55,456 nt of DNA from a virus. Lineage: Duplodnaviria > Caudoviricetes. Position 1 is the stretch's first letter; every line of letters begins with the position of its first letter. A model generated the notes under the pieces. It was not told the DNA's origin. It did no database searches and saw nothing but the letters and a program-made list of their open reading frames with translations. Location: IMG/VR virus record IMGVR_UViG_3300025674_000051, positions 1 to 55,456 of that record; one strand, 5' to 3'. Made by a program: the position numbers and the translations under genes. Shown here one piece after another: positions 1 to 8,543 of the stretch.

Positions 1-480
1 GCCGTTGCGATCCAATACCTTGTATTCACCCCAAGCACGTTTAGTTATAGGCTTGTCCCAGTTTTTTAGAATCCAACTACTGCTGTTCTTTTTATCTTCG
101 CCACCGACTCCAAATACAAACTCTACGTCAGGATGATTGCCATATATTTTTTGTTCTGGTATTTCGCCATCAACTCTATCGCCGCCGTTTGCAACAATAA
201 GTTTACCTGTAGTAGTTTGTAAAAGGTAACCTATGGCATTACTTGTTCCGCCTGTATCATCGTCTTTAACAGGGATAACACTATCTACCATATCTAGATG
301 TTTAACTATGCTTGCTCGTTCATCAAAAGGCATAAATGCTCTGCCTTTTTTATTTATAAGCCACTGGTCGCTATTAAGCCCTACCACTAGTTTATTACCT
401 AGTTTTTTTGCTGCTTTAAAATATTCAATATGTCCGCTGTGTAAAGGATCAAATCCACCGGTTACTAATACTGTAGTCAT
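1..480 (-). CDS. Cytidylyltransferase-like (HxGH) nucleotidyltransferase, probably fused to a C-terminal cupin (mannose-6-phosphate isomerase-like) domain; runs off the window edge
   Basis: Not in the ORF track because it has no stop inside the window. Manual translation from ATG 480 gives MTTVLVTGGFDPLHSGHIEY...VGLNSD...ER...ANGGDR...KKNSSS, then KRAWGEYKVL (RxWG cupin start). Confidence 0.85.
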   Translation of the reverse strand, partial: MTTVLVTGGFDPLHSGHIEYFKAAKKLGNKLVVGLNSDQWLINKKGRAFMPFDERASIVKHLDMVDSVIPVKDDDTGGTSNAIGYLLQTTTGKLIVANGGDRVDGEIPEQKIYGNHPDVEFVFGVGGEDKKNSSSWILKNWDKPITKRAWGEYKVLDRNG

Positions 481-484
481 ACGG

Positions 485-491
485 TATTTAA
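485..491 (-). promoter_or_regulatory. T4-type late promoter candidate (TTAAATA), 4 nt upstream of ATG 480
   Basis: Minus strand reads TAAATA-CCGT-ATG; overlaps the stop codon of the upstream gene. Confidence 0.55.
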
Positions 492-1114
492 TGTTTCCAA
501 CCAAATATGTAATCTTTTCTGACATTAGTAATTTCGTATGCACCAAATGATTTTAAATATTTTCCAGCACATTCATTTGTGTCTGCTTGCTGTTCGCATA
601 CTATTATTGGTTTGTATTTTAGTATTGTATCCATTGCACCTTTTAGTACTTCTAACTCATGTCTTTCGCAATCGATCTTTAATAATCCAAACTTAGGTAA
701 ATCTAAATCATCTAATCTTTTTATTTCAATGTTTCCTTTACCTATATTACTTACAAAACTACCACCTGTGTTTTCGCTATCGTAGACCATTTCAACTTTG
801 TCGTTTACACTTCCTAATGCAAACCGATTTATTGTTACCGGTAATCCCTGTACATTTTTTTCTAAGCAACTGTATACTTGTTCTAAAGGTTCGAAAGCTA
901 TTACATTTTTAAACTTTTTGGTTAAAGGCCTTGCCCACAATCCTACATTTGCTCCAATATCAATAGCGAGATCAAAATCTGTTACGTATTTGTAAGCTAC
1001 ATTTCTAACATCATCTTGGTATTCTGGTGGACCACCTTTTTTAACTCTTTTTGTTATTAATCTTTCAAAGTGATCATCTGTTTTAGGCATCCAATAGTCA
1101 TAAACTTTTTTCAT
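488..1114 (-). CDS. FkbM-family SAM-dependent methyltransferase
   Basis: IDIGANVG, AFEP, LKIDCE and EVLKGA motifs. Confidence 0.9.
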   Translation of the reverse strand: MKKVYDYWMPKTDDHFERLITKRVKKGGPPEYQDDVRNVAYKYVTDFDLAIDIGANVGLWARPLTKKFKNVIAFEPLEQVYSCLEKNVQGLPVTINRFALGSVNDKVEMVYDSENTGGSFVSNIGKGNIEIKRLDDLDLPKFGLLKIDCERHELEVLKGAMDTILKYKPIIVCEQQADTNECAGKYLKSFGAYEITNVRKDYIFGWKH

Positions 1115-1665
1115 ATTTTTTCCAATATCACAATATACTTAACAACATGTTTTGGCGGTCCTTTTTTGACAGGAGCGTGTCTTTCCTTTATTGTTTCGAA
1201 TATAATTTTCCACCCGTCTAATGCTTCAATTTTATTTTTCCACCATGTGGGATTTTCAACAATCAAATGCGCATTGCGACCATCGCTAAGTGCTTTTTTT
1301 GCAGGATGACATGCAATTAAATGATATTGATAACGTGTTGATCTAGATGATAAATCTTGTAACGTTTCGTCAATAAGATCAGGTTCAATATGTTCTAGCA
1401 CATCACTGCTATAAGTCAGTTCGACTTTTTCTGGTAAAGGGTAAGGGAATGTCGCAGGATCGTATGTATATAATTTTATTTTTGGATATTCTTTTTTTAT
1501 AGTATCACTAGTAAGACCTTTGCCAGCGCCAAAATCTAAAAAACTTTTAATATTGTGTTGTTGAATTAAGTTATGTACAACTTCAGGAATATTTCTATTT
1601 TGACCAAAAGTTTTTTTACTATGTAGAACTTTTAGTTCTTCTAAATATTCATGTGAATAAGACAT
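1111..1665 (-). CDS. Class I SAM-dependent methyltransferase
   Basis: FLDFGAGKG, YDPA and SDVLEHI motifs. Confidence 0.85.
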   Translation of the reverse strand: MSYSHEYLEELKVLHSKKTFGQNRNIPEVVHNLIQQHNIKSFLDFGAGKGLTSDTIKKEYPKIKLYTYDPATFPYPLPEKVELTYSSDVLEHIEPDLIDETLQDLSSRSTRYQYHLIACHPAKKALSDGRNAHLIVENPTWWKNKIEALDGWKIIFETIKERHAPVKKGPPKHVVKYIVILEKI

Positions 1666-1674
1666 ATATTTTCC

Positions 1675-2130
1675 TTATAAAGTTGCGTCTTCCATTCCTG
1701 CAACTCTTAACTTTACAATATTAGTTATCTGCCATTGCTTTTGATCAAGTGCTTTAAGGACGCCCAGCCATTTATTTCTTACTAATGCAAACTCGTTAAT
1801 AATCATTTCATAATCACAAACATCTTTTTCACCATCTACATATTTTTCTACGTCACGACTACTTAACGAACGTTGATAGTTTTCAAGATATTTTTTAAAA
1901 TATGAGCTGCGTAGTTTTCGCAGCTCAATATTCATGTATTCTAAGATTGCTTCAATCTCTTGAAGTTGGTTAAATCGGTGTTCAACAATGCCTGGCATTG
2001 TTGCTGCTTGTTTTTCAACATTTCCAATAAGTTTGACTTCTGTTTTAGCAGTTGCTAATTCAGCTTCAAAATATTGTATTGCAGCAGGTATCTGACCGAT
2101 ATCTCTGCTTACACTGCTGTACCACCCCAT
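1675..2130 (-). CDS. uvsY: UvsY-like recombination mediator
   Basis: 151-aa helical protein with LSSRDVEKYVDGE and ALDQKQWQITNIVKLRVAG; lies next to uvsX and gp32. Confidence 0.75.
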   Translation of the reverse strand: MGWYSSVSRDIGQIPAAIQYFEAELATAKTEVKLIGNVEKQAATMPGIVEHRFNQLQEIEAILEYMNIELRKLRSSYFKKYLENYQRSLSSRDVEKYVDGEKDVCDYEMIINEFALVRNKWLGVLKALDQKQWQITNIVKLRVAGMEDATL

Positions 2131-2133
2131 ATA

Positions 2134-2355
2134 TTAATCCCAGTCATCGTCTTCGTAATCGCCGTCGTCGTCTAAATAATATTGAATTGCGCTGTCTAGA
2201 TCTTTGTCATTGCCTAAAGCTTCTTTTAAAGTAATATCGTCAACGCCATAGTCAGCCAGCAGATCAATAAACTTTTCTGCTGCTATTTCTACTTGTTTTT
2301 TGTCTAAGTTTGGTTTAAACAAGTTCCAGATATCAACAATCTGATCTTCATTCAT
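2134..2355 (-). CDS. Small acidic hypothetical protein
   Basis: 73-aa ORF overlapping the uvsX stop; acidic C-terminus. Confidence 0.7.
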   Translation of the reverse strand: MNEDQIVDIWNLFKPNLDKKQVEIAAEKFIDLLADYGVDDITLKEALGNDKDLDSAIQYYLDDDGDYEDDDWD

Positions 2356-3442
2356 TCTCGGTTAACTCCTCGTTATGATCAATCACAACTTCTTCGTCGG
2401 TTGCGTTAGCGATATTTACCATTTGTGCTTCTTTTGCCGGTAAATCGGCCATGATCATTTCGAGTAGTTCACCTGTCCAGTTCTTACGATATTCTAGTGT
2501 TTCATTTCCATCGCTATCAATATACTTGTAGCGATTGCCTTGTTTTTCAAGTAATCCTTTTGCTTCTAACAAATCAAACATACCTGAATATGGATCCATT
2601 CCTGTTTCATACGGAATCTTAACTTGTACTGCTTCAAATGGTTTAGCATAACGTGTTTTCATAACTTTACACGCTGCTCTAATACCATTTACTGTGCTGG
2701 TTTTGTTGCCTTCTGCATCTTCTTTTAGTTTTAGTTTTTTCATTGCTACAACCATAGAACTTGCATACACAAAGCCACTGCCACCTGAAATCTTATCGTC
2801 AGGATCAAACATATCTTGCGATGCATATGTGTGGTTAGTAACACACATACCTACGTTGTATGAACCAAACATATTAACACAGTTAGTTACAAGTGCTTTT
2901 AGTGCCTTAGCCTTACGACCCATGTCACCTTTCATGTCACCTGCTTCAAACTGATTAACTTCAGTTGGTGACATAAGCATACCTAATGAGTCAACTACAA
3001 ACAATACTTTAGGACGATCTGCTTCATCCATAGAACGATAATCATCCATGAACGTACTAATAGTTTTAGCAACATCGTCAATCATTGCCATGTTAAGTTT
3101 AAGTAACTTATCGTCACTACAATCAACACCTAATGCTTCTAGCCATGTTTGGTCTAATGCATTTTCACTGTCAATAAGCACAACAAAGATACCTTGTTCT
3201 TGTGCTGACTTTACAATGTTACCAGACACAATGTAAGATTTACCTGCACCAGATTCGCCTGCAAATACACTTACTTTGCCTAGTGGAACACCTTTGCGGA
3301 AATTACCGCTGAGTAGATAGTTAAGTGCATAGTTGCCTGTGCTGATCCAATCTTGTGGATCATTAAAGCCTGCACTCATACCTTTAATAGATTTTGTTAA
3401 TGAGTTTCGAAACTTTGAAGGATCGAATGCTTTAGTAGCCAT
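2348..3442 (-). CDS. uvsX: UvsX/RecA-like recombinase
   Basis: Walker A GESGAGKS, IDSENA, Walker B FVVDSLG, DMGRKAK, ISGG, KTRY; SD AGGAG. Confidence 0.95.
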   Translation of the reverse strand: MATKAFDPSKFRNSLTKSIKGMSAGFNDPQDWISTGNYALNYLLSGNFRKGVPLGKVSVFAGESGAGKSYIVSGNIVKSAQEQGIFVVLIDSENALDQTWLEALGVDCSDDKLLKLNMAMIDDVAKTISTFMDDYRSMDEADRPKVLFVVDSLGMLMSPTEVNQFEAGDMKGDMGRKAKALKALVTNCVNMFGSYNVGMCVTNHTYASQDMFDPDDKISGGSGFVYASSMVVAMKKLKLKEDAEGNKTSTVNGIRAACKVMKTRYAKPFEAVQVKIPYETGMDPYSGMFDLLEAKGLLEKQGNRYKYIDSDGNETLEYRKNWTGELLEMIMADLPAKEAQMVNIANATDEEVVIDHNEELTENE

Positions 3443-3458
3443 ACATATCTCCTATTCT

Positions 3459-3489
3459 AAAAAGCAAAGGAAAGGGCCGAAGCCCTTTC
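3459..3489 (-). terminator. Hairpin with cUUCGg tetraloop between gp32 and uvsX (terminator or stabilising stem)
   Basis: GAAAGGGC-TTCG-GCCCTTTC followed by CTTTGCTTTT. Confidence 0.75.
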
Positions 3490-3491
3490 TA

Positions 3492-4478
3492 TTATTGATT
3501 TTGGCGTGCTCTGATCATTGCAAGAATGTCTTGTGCACCACCGGCTGGCGCTGCTTCTGCCGCTGCTTCTTCGTTTGATTTAAAAGGAATATCATCTTCA
3601 ACTGCTGCTGGAGCAGGAGCAGGTGCAGGTGCTGCTGATTGCGGAGCAGGTGTCGGCGTTGATGCTGCTACTGGATCACCAGTTTTTGCTTGCATACCTG
3701 CTGGGCGGAAGTATTGACTCCAACGATCAGAATCATATGCTTCACCATCTACACTTGCTTCAAACATTTCAGTAAGAACTTTTAGTTCTACTTCGCCTGG
3801 CTTTTTAGGTAGGAAGTCATTTAAGTTAAACAATCCATGATTGTTAACTGCTGACATCTCTGCGTCACCTAGTGGACGCTCTCTACGAGCCCAGTTACTT
3901 GCGCCGTAGTCTGCGTAACCACCTTTGGAACCTTTTGACAAACGGAAATCAACACCCGCAGTATAATCTGTTGGTAGTTCTTCCATGTCTGGATCCATAA
4001 GTGCTGCTTTGATTAGTTGGAAGATTTGTGGACCAATAATGAATCTACGAATTGGATTCTCTGGTTGTGAATCTTCTTTTAGTGGATCATCAACAACAAA
4101 GCCTTGGAAGATGTAAGAACGTTTTTTCCAATACTTACGACCCATATCTTCTAGACTTGGATCTTTGAACCAGCCACGCACCTCTGAAAGGATTGGACAT
4201 GATTCGCCATACATTTCCATGCATGGAACTTGTACTTGTACTGGACGTGAATCTGTTTCACCTTTCACACCAGCAAATGGAAGTTTAATCATCAAACGTT
4301 CTTTCCAAAAGAAAGTGTTTGAATCGTCGCCGTCAGGCAAAAAGCGTAACGTTGCTGTATCGCCTTCTTTCATATTCCAAAATGGGTAAATTGCGTTATC
4401 GCCGCCGCCGGTGCTTGTACCAGCTGTACGATTTTCTTGTTCTTTGAGCTTTGCTCTGATTTCTGCTAATGATGCCAT
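3492..4478 (-). CDS. gp32-like single-stranded DNA-binding protein
   Basis: LRFLP, CPIL, RKYWKKRSY, GPQIF, DFRLSK and GYADY motifs; SD AGGAGG. Confidence 0.9.
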   Translation of the reverse strand: MASLAEIRAKLKEQENRTAGTSTGGGDNAIYPFWNMKEGDTATLRFLPDGDDSNTFFWKERLMIKLPFAGVKGETDSRPVQVQVPCMEMYGESCPILSEVRGWFKDPSLEDMGRKYWKKRSYIFQGFVVDDPLKEDSQPENPIRRFIIGPQIFQLIKAALMDPDMEELPTDYTAGVDFRLSKGSKGGYADYGASNWARRERPLGDAEMSAVNNHGLFNLNDFLPKKPGEVELKVLTEMFEASVDGEAYDSDRWSQYFRPAGMQAKTGDPVAASTPTPAPQSAAPAPAPAPAAVEDDIPFKSNEEAAAEAAPAGGAQDILAMIRARQNQ

Positions 4479-4508
4479 AGTTATGCCTCCTTATATTGCC
4501 TATGTTCT

Positions 4509-4549
4509 ATGTGCCTTTTATGTGTAGCACATGTTTATTATACTACACA
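4509..4549 (-). promoter_or_regulatory. Candidate H-type pseudoknot in the gp32 5' leader (translational operator)
   Basis: Interleaved stems UGUGUA/UACACA and AUGUGC/GCACAU, ending ~30 nt before the ATG. Confidence 0.5.
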
Positions 4550-4568
4550 ATATTATTTATCTTGTCAA
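4540..4568 (-). promoter_or_regulatory. Sigma70-type promoter (TTGACA-17-TAGTAT) with a late promoter GATAAATA (4561-4554) nested in its spacer
   Basis: Read directly: TTGACA AGATAAATAATATTGTG TAGTAT. Confidence 0.75.
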
Positions 4569-5291
4569 CAAGAATTTCCAATCTTTTTCATTTTTATCAA
4601 ATTTTACAAAAGGTTGTCTATTGATTGTAAAAAGTTTTTCATTCTTGTGATATGATAAGTTCCAAACTTTTTTATATTCCGGTTGCATAGCTCTATTTGT
4701 AACAAAGTTAATACCCGGCTGTGTATATGTTATAGTAACCTTTCCTAGCTTGTCAATATTCATAAGTTTTTCCCATTTTTCTTGAGGTGTATTGTGAAAA
4801 AAATGCATTTTTGTTAAAGTACAATATGTGTCAAACAGACTTGGTGTACTTTCTAAACACTTGTTCGCATCTAGTAAAAATGTAAGTAAACAGTTATCTC
4901 TTTGATAATCGAGCATTGCCATTCTAAAAAACCCCGGATGTATATCAAGCATTGAATGATTTGGAGAAATTGTTATAGGAGAATAATACTCATTGACTTG
5001 CGTATGAAAAAAATAATGTAACTTTGATATTTGCCATAATGGATCGTCATCAACCCAAGTGCCGCTTCTATTATCTATAGTTTTTTCATGATAATCGTGA
5101 TTTATTAAATTGTTTTCTATTTGAGCAGCTAATGCTGTAAGAACATCAAACCGATGCCGTTTAGGTGTCCATTTGTTAGGTATATTGTCTAAAAATCTTT
5201 TTTTTGTTATTTTAAATAAAACTAAATCATTGTTTTTTAACGCTTGTTTTAGCGCACTGTAAGAATAGGGAATTTTACTACCAGCATACAT
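4557..5291 (-). CDS. Hypothetical protein (very AT-rich)
   Basis: 244-aa ORF filling the gap; no confident motif. Confidence 0.65.
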   Translation of the reverse strand: MYAGSKIPYSYSALKQALKNNDLVLFKITKKRFLDNIPNKWTPKRHRFDVLTALAAQIENNLINHDYHEKTIDNRSGTWVDDDPLWQISKLHYFFHTQVNEYYSPITISPNHSMLDIHPGFFRMAMLDYQRDNCLLTFLLDANKCLESTPSLFDTYCTLTKMHFFHNTPQEKWEKLMNIDKLGKVTITYTQPGINFVTNRAMQPEYKKVWNLSYHKNEKLFTINRQPFVKFDKNEKDWKFLLTR

Positions 5292-5293
5292 GT

Positions 5294-5329
5294 AAAAAGG
5301 GGGCTTATCTATTTGTTTATGATAAGCCC
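5294..5329 (-). terminator. Terminator-like hairpin overlapping the stop of the upstream gene
   Basis: GGGCTTATC-11 nt-GATAAGCCC followed by CCTTTTT. Confidence 0.55.
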
Positions 5330-6897
5330 GCTAATGCCTTTACTCGTTCTGTTTCTGGATATCTTGATTGTGCTATTTCTTCAGCCTGACGTTGCGCAAC
5401 CATTGATTCTACTTTTTGCATAAACTTAGCAGCTGGTTCTACATATTGCGGACCATAATCTTTTTCTACCATAGTAAGAACTGCTGTTTCGCCTTTAGGA
5501 AATGTTCCGTTTTCTCTATCAAAGTAAGATAGAATGAACTCTCCGATTGGTGTTTTTTCTTTTTTTGGTTGTTGTGGTTGATCCATTGGTTCCATGCCTT
5601 GTGGGCCTACTTTTACATCCATTGTGTCGTCGTCTGATTCAAGTGCATCAGGTACTCCGTTGCCATTTTTGTCAACCCACCACGATCCTGTTTCATCATG
5701 TGAATCGTGTGGACAATCGCAACCTTCTTTACAGTTATGCATTTGGCATCCACAATCTTTGCAATGATAGTTTTGATATCCTGCCATATGTCCTTCGTTT
5801 ATGTCTGAAAACTGTCCCATTAACTTTTCTATTGCTGTTTCAAACATATCATTTAATGTTTCTTCGATGTTATTAAATGTTGTATTTTTCTTTTTTTCTA
5901 TACTTTGTATATTCAAGTTGTCAGGGCCTATTTCTTCTATTATGCCGTTGCCTATCAAGTTATATATGTATGGAAACACATCTTTTAGTTCTTCGTTAAA
6001 CTGTTTAACTGTAAGTTGTTCTACCCATGCATCTTCAATGTCTGTTGGTACATCTTCTAATACTGGTGAAACAAAGTTTTCAAATGTTTCTTTGTAGTAA
6101 GTATATTTTTGTAGGTTTGCAATTTCTTTTTTTACGTCTTTTACTCTGTTATTTACAATATCCATATACTCGCTTAATGCTTCTGCCATAACACTTTTGC
6201 GATTCATATATGTTTTGAATTTTCCTAAACTTGCAAGCTCTTCGCTTAATCCTGTAATATATCTACCAAAATCATCAAACGCATGACCACCTTCACTTAC
6301 ATGTAAAGCTAATGCTCTAGCACCTTGTAAATGTTTTACTGGATATTTAAACTTTTCACCTTCTGGGGTTTCTACAAATATAGATGAAATATTTTTTAAT
6401 CTATTTTCGCCTTCTCCAATAGGTGCAGAATGTTTTATTGTAACTTTTGCATTGCCTATTTTTTGAAAACTAGTTTTATTTGTACCATAAATTTTTGATT
6501 CTGCCATAGGATTTTCCTCGTTGCGATTTGTTGATAGATAGTTGTAATCTCTTTTTGATAAGTTTGATTTGTTTATATCTCTTACATCAAACTTTAACAT
6601 TCTTTTTTTTGCAAAGAATCTAAGTTCTTTTAAAAAGTTATACCAGTTGTCTTGAGAGCTTTCTGCTTGATTATCTACAAAATCTCTAGCTACAATAACA
6701 GCTAATCCTTCTTTTGGATCTAAACTAACACTAACTTTTCCTAATGATACACTGTCTGCAACAAAATCAAAATCAAAGTATCTAGCTTCTTCTGGAACAT
6801 TTGTAACCTGTCCATTTTCATCACCAATTGTTACGCTTTCAAAGCGTCCTCTAATCTTGTTAAAAAGATCTCTTGATATTACGTCAAACTTATTCAT
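5317..6897 (-). CDS. Late hypothetical protein (possible head/virion protein) with an internal Cys/His-rich insert
   Basis: Long ORF directly downstream of the terminase gene. Start moved to ATG 6897 (MNKFD), 5 nt after GATAAATA. Confidence 0.8.
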   Translation of the reverse strand: MNKFDVISRDLFNKIRGRFESVTIGDENGQVTNVPEEARYFDFDFVADSVSLGKVSVSLDPKEGLAVIVARDFVDNQAESSQDNWYNFLKELRFFAKKRMLKFDVRDINKSNLSKRDYNYLSTNRNEENPMAESKIYGTNKTSFQKIGNAKVTIKHSAPIGEGENRLKNISSIFVETPEGEKFKYPVKHLQGARALALHVSEGGHAFDDFGRYITGLSEELASLGKFKTYMNRKSVMAEALSEYMDIVNNRVKDVKKEIANLQKYTYYKETFENFVSPVLEDVPTDIEDAWVEQLTVKQFNEELKDVFPYIYNLIGNGIIEEIGPDNLNIQSIEKKKNTTFNNIEETLNDMFETAIEKLMGQFSDINEGHMAGYQNYHCKDCGCQMHNCKEGCDCPHDSHDETGSWWVDKNGNGVPDALESDDDTMDVKVGPQGMEPMDQPQQPKKEKTPIGEFILSYFDRENGTFPKGETAVLTMVEKDYGPQYVEPAAKFMQKVESMVAQRQAEEIAQSRYPETERVKALAGLS

Positions 6898-6902
6898 ATA
6901 GT

Positions 6903-6910
6903 TATTTATC
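6903..6910 (-). promoter_or_regulatory. Late promoter GATAAATA
   Basis: GATAAATA-ACTAT-ATG; overlaps the terminase TGA stop. Confidence 0.7.
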
Positions 6911-8489
6911 AATAATTACTACTTACAAAGATAGGCATTGGCATATCGTAACTATCTTCGGCTTCAATCTGAACAAAAGTATTATATATTTTTGGATCCC
7001 AATCTTTCATAACACTAATCATCCTTAATGCTAATAGAACAGCACTTATTAAATCGTCGTGAGCACCGGGCTTTGCTTGGTAACTACTTCCTGTTGCAAC
7101 AAAACCTTTAAGTTCAGAAATAAGTGGTTTACTTCTAATAACCATTTTATCGTTTTCTACCATAGTTTTAAGTCTTGCACATGCAGTCACTTTACTACTA
7201 TGTGTTGTATTAAATCCTTTGCGGAATTTACGAACATGTCCTTTTCGCATTGGTTCACTTATAAACATACCAGGTATATTTTCTTCGCCAAAATCATTAA
7301 TAACAATAAGTGCAGCTTCACCTAGTCCATTGTTTTCTACACTCCAATATAAGCCGTTGTCACTACCACGCTCATCTCTAAGATACTTGCATATATCTCT
7401 TAGTACTCTTACTTGTCCTGGTATACCTGTTGTGTTATGTTGCCACTCAGCAACTTGTTCGTATGTAGGCAATTCTATAACTTGTATTGCAGAAAAATCG
7501 CCACCGGTGCCCATACTAGGGTCTAGTGCAACTGCATAGTTATACTTAGGATTTGGTTTTTTATACCATCTTGTTTGTCCATGACTTATTAAAGGAGATA
7601 CTCCTTCCAAGACAGCAAGTTTTAAACTATTAATCAAAGTTTCATCATAAACTAAAAACTCACAACCGTATTCACGTCTAAACTTTTCTTCGCCGATGCG
7701 TCCAATTTCTTCCTTTTTCCATTTTTCGTCTCGATCAGGATGTTGCCACCAATCTGCTCTAAATGAATGAAAGCCATTTATGCCAACTTCATTTTCATTA
7801 CCATATTCGTCAAATTTGTCTTCAGCTTGCTTCCATATAGTTGCAAATGTATCCTCATCAGAGTTAGGTGTACTTGTAATAATAGCACGACCACCAGTTG
7901 CTAGTGTAGGTGATATTGAAGTCCAAAACTCTTCCGCAATATTAGGTTGCACAAACGCAAACTCGTCACAGTATAGTAGCGAGATAGACAAACCACGTCC
8001 TGTGTTGCCCGTTGTTGTTTGACTTATAATACGTGAGCCATTTTCAAACTCTATGCTACCTTTGTTGTAACTTGTAACACCTGCTCTAATATAATCTGGA
8101 CAAGTTTCATATACATATCGTATACGTTGCATGATTTCTTGAGCACCTGTGTATTTGTGAGCAGCAATAAGAATAGTTTGATCTGGATTAAACATTGCAT
8201 ACCAACACAAATAGATACTAGCACAAGTTGTTTTACCTGTTTGTCTCGGCATCATGTTGATATTAAATCTATATCTATGATATGATTCTAATAATCCAAG
8301 TTGATAATCATAGGGATCAAAAAGTAGTTTACCTTTTACAGGATGTTGTATGTTTGCAAAATGTTTTGCAAAGTACAAATAACCAGTATCGGTATTCATA
8401 CAGGCAAGAAGATCTTGTACTTGATCTTCGGTAAATGTTTCTTGTTTGTTGGCTTTTTTTATTAATACGCCGTCTAATGACTTACTCAT
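6909..8489 (-). CDS. terL: Terminase large subunit (gp17-like)
   Basis: Walker A PRQTGKTT, Walker B LLYCDEFAF, ITSTPN, nuclease motifs ALDPSMG and HDDL. Start moved to ATG 8489. Confidence 0.97.
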   Translation of the reverse strand: MSKSLDGVLIKKANKQETFTEDQVQDLLACMNTDTGYLYFAKHFANIQHPVKGKLLFDPYDYQLGLLESYHRYRFNINMMPRQTGKTTCASIYLCWYAMFNPDQTILIAAHKYTGAQEIMQRIRYVYETCPDYIRAGVTSYNKGSIEFENGSRIISQTTTGNTGRGLSISLLYCDEFAFVQPNIAEEFWTSISPTLATGGRAIITSTPNSDEDTFATIWKQAEDKFDEYGNENEVGINGFHSFRADWWQHPDRDEKWKKEEIGRIGEEKFRREYGCEFLVYDETLINSLKLAVLEGVSPLISHGQTRWYKKPNPKYNYAVALDPSMGTGGDFSAIQVIELPTYEQVAEWQHNTTGIPGQVRVLRDICKYLRDERGSDNGLYWSVENNGLGEAALIVINDFGEENIPGMFISEPMRKGHVRKFRKGFNTTHSSKVTACARLKTMVENDKMVIRSKPLISELKGFVATGSSYQAKPGAHDDLISAVLLALRMISVMKDWDPKIYNTFVQIEAEDSYDMPMPIFVSSNY

Positions 8490-8493
8490 AAAG

Positions 8494-8500
8494 TATTTAC
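8494..8500 (-). promoter_or_regulatory. Late promoter GTAAATA
   Basis: GTAAATA-CTTT-ATG, immediately after a terminator. Confidence 0.7.
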
Positions 8501-8502
8501 TC

Positions 8503-8529
8503 AAAAAAATAGCGCCTGCGGGCGCTATT
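8503..8529 (-). terminator. Rho-independent terminator
   Basis: AATAGCGCC-CGCA-GGCGCTATT followed by TTTTT. Confidence 0.85.
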
Positions 8530-8543
8530 GAGTTCTGGGGGAA

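Noticed and set aside
4557-5291. ParB/Srx-like domain suggested by DIHPGFFR
   Set aside because: A single weak motif is insufficient without a profile search.
2348-8489. Inteins or introns in uvsX or the terminase
   Set aside because: Both ORFs are continuous and of ordinary length, with no splice-junction or homing endonuclease motifs.
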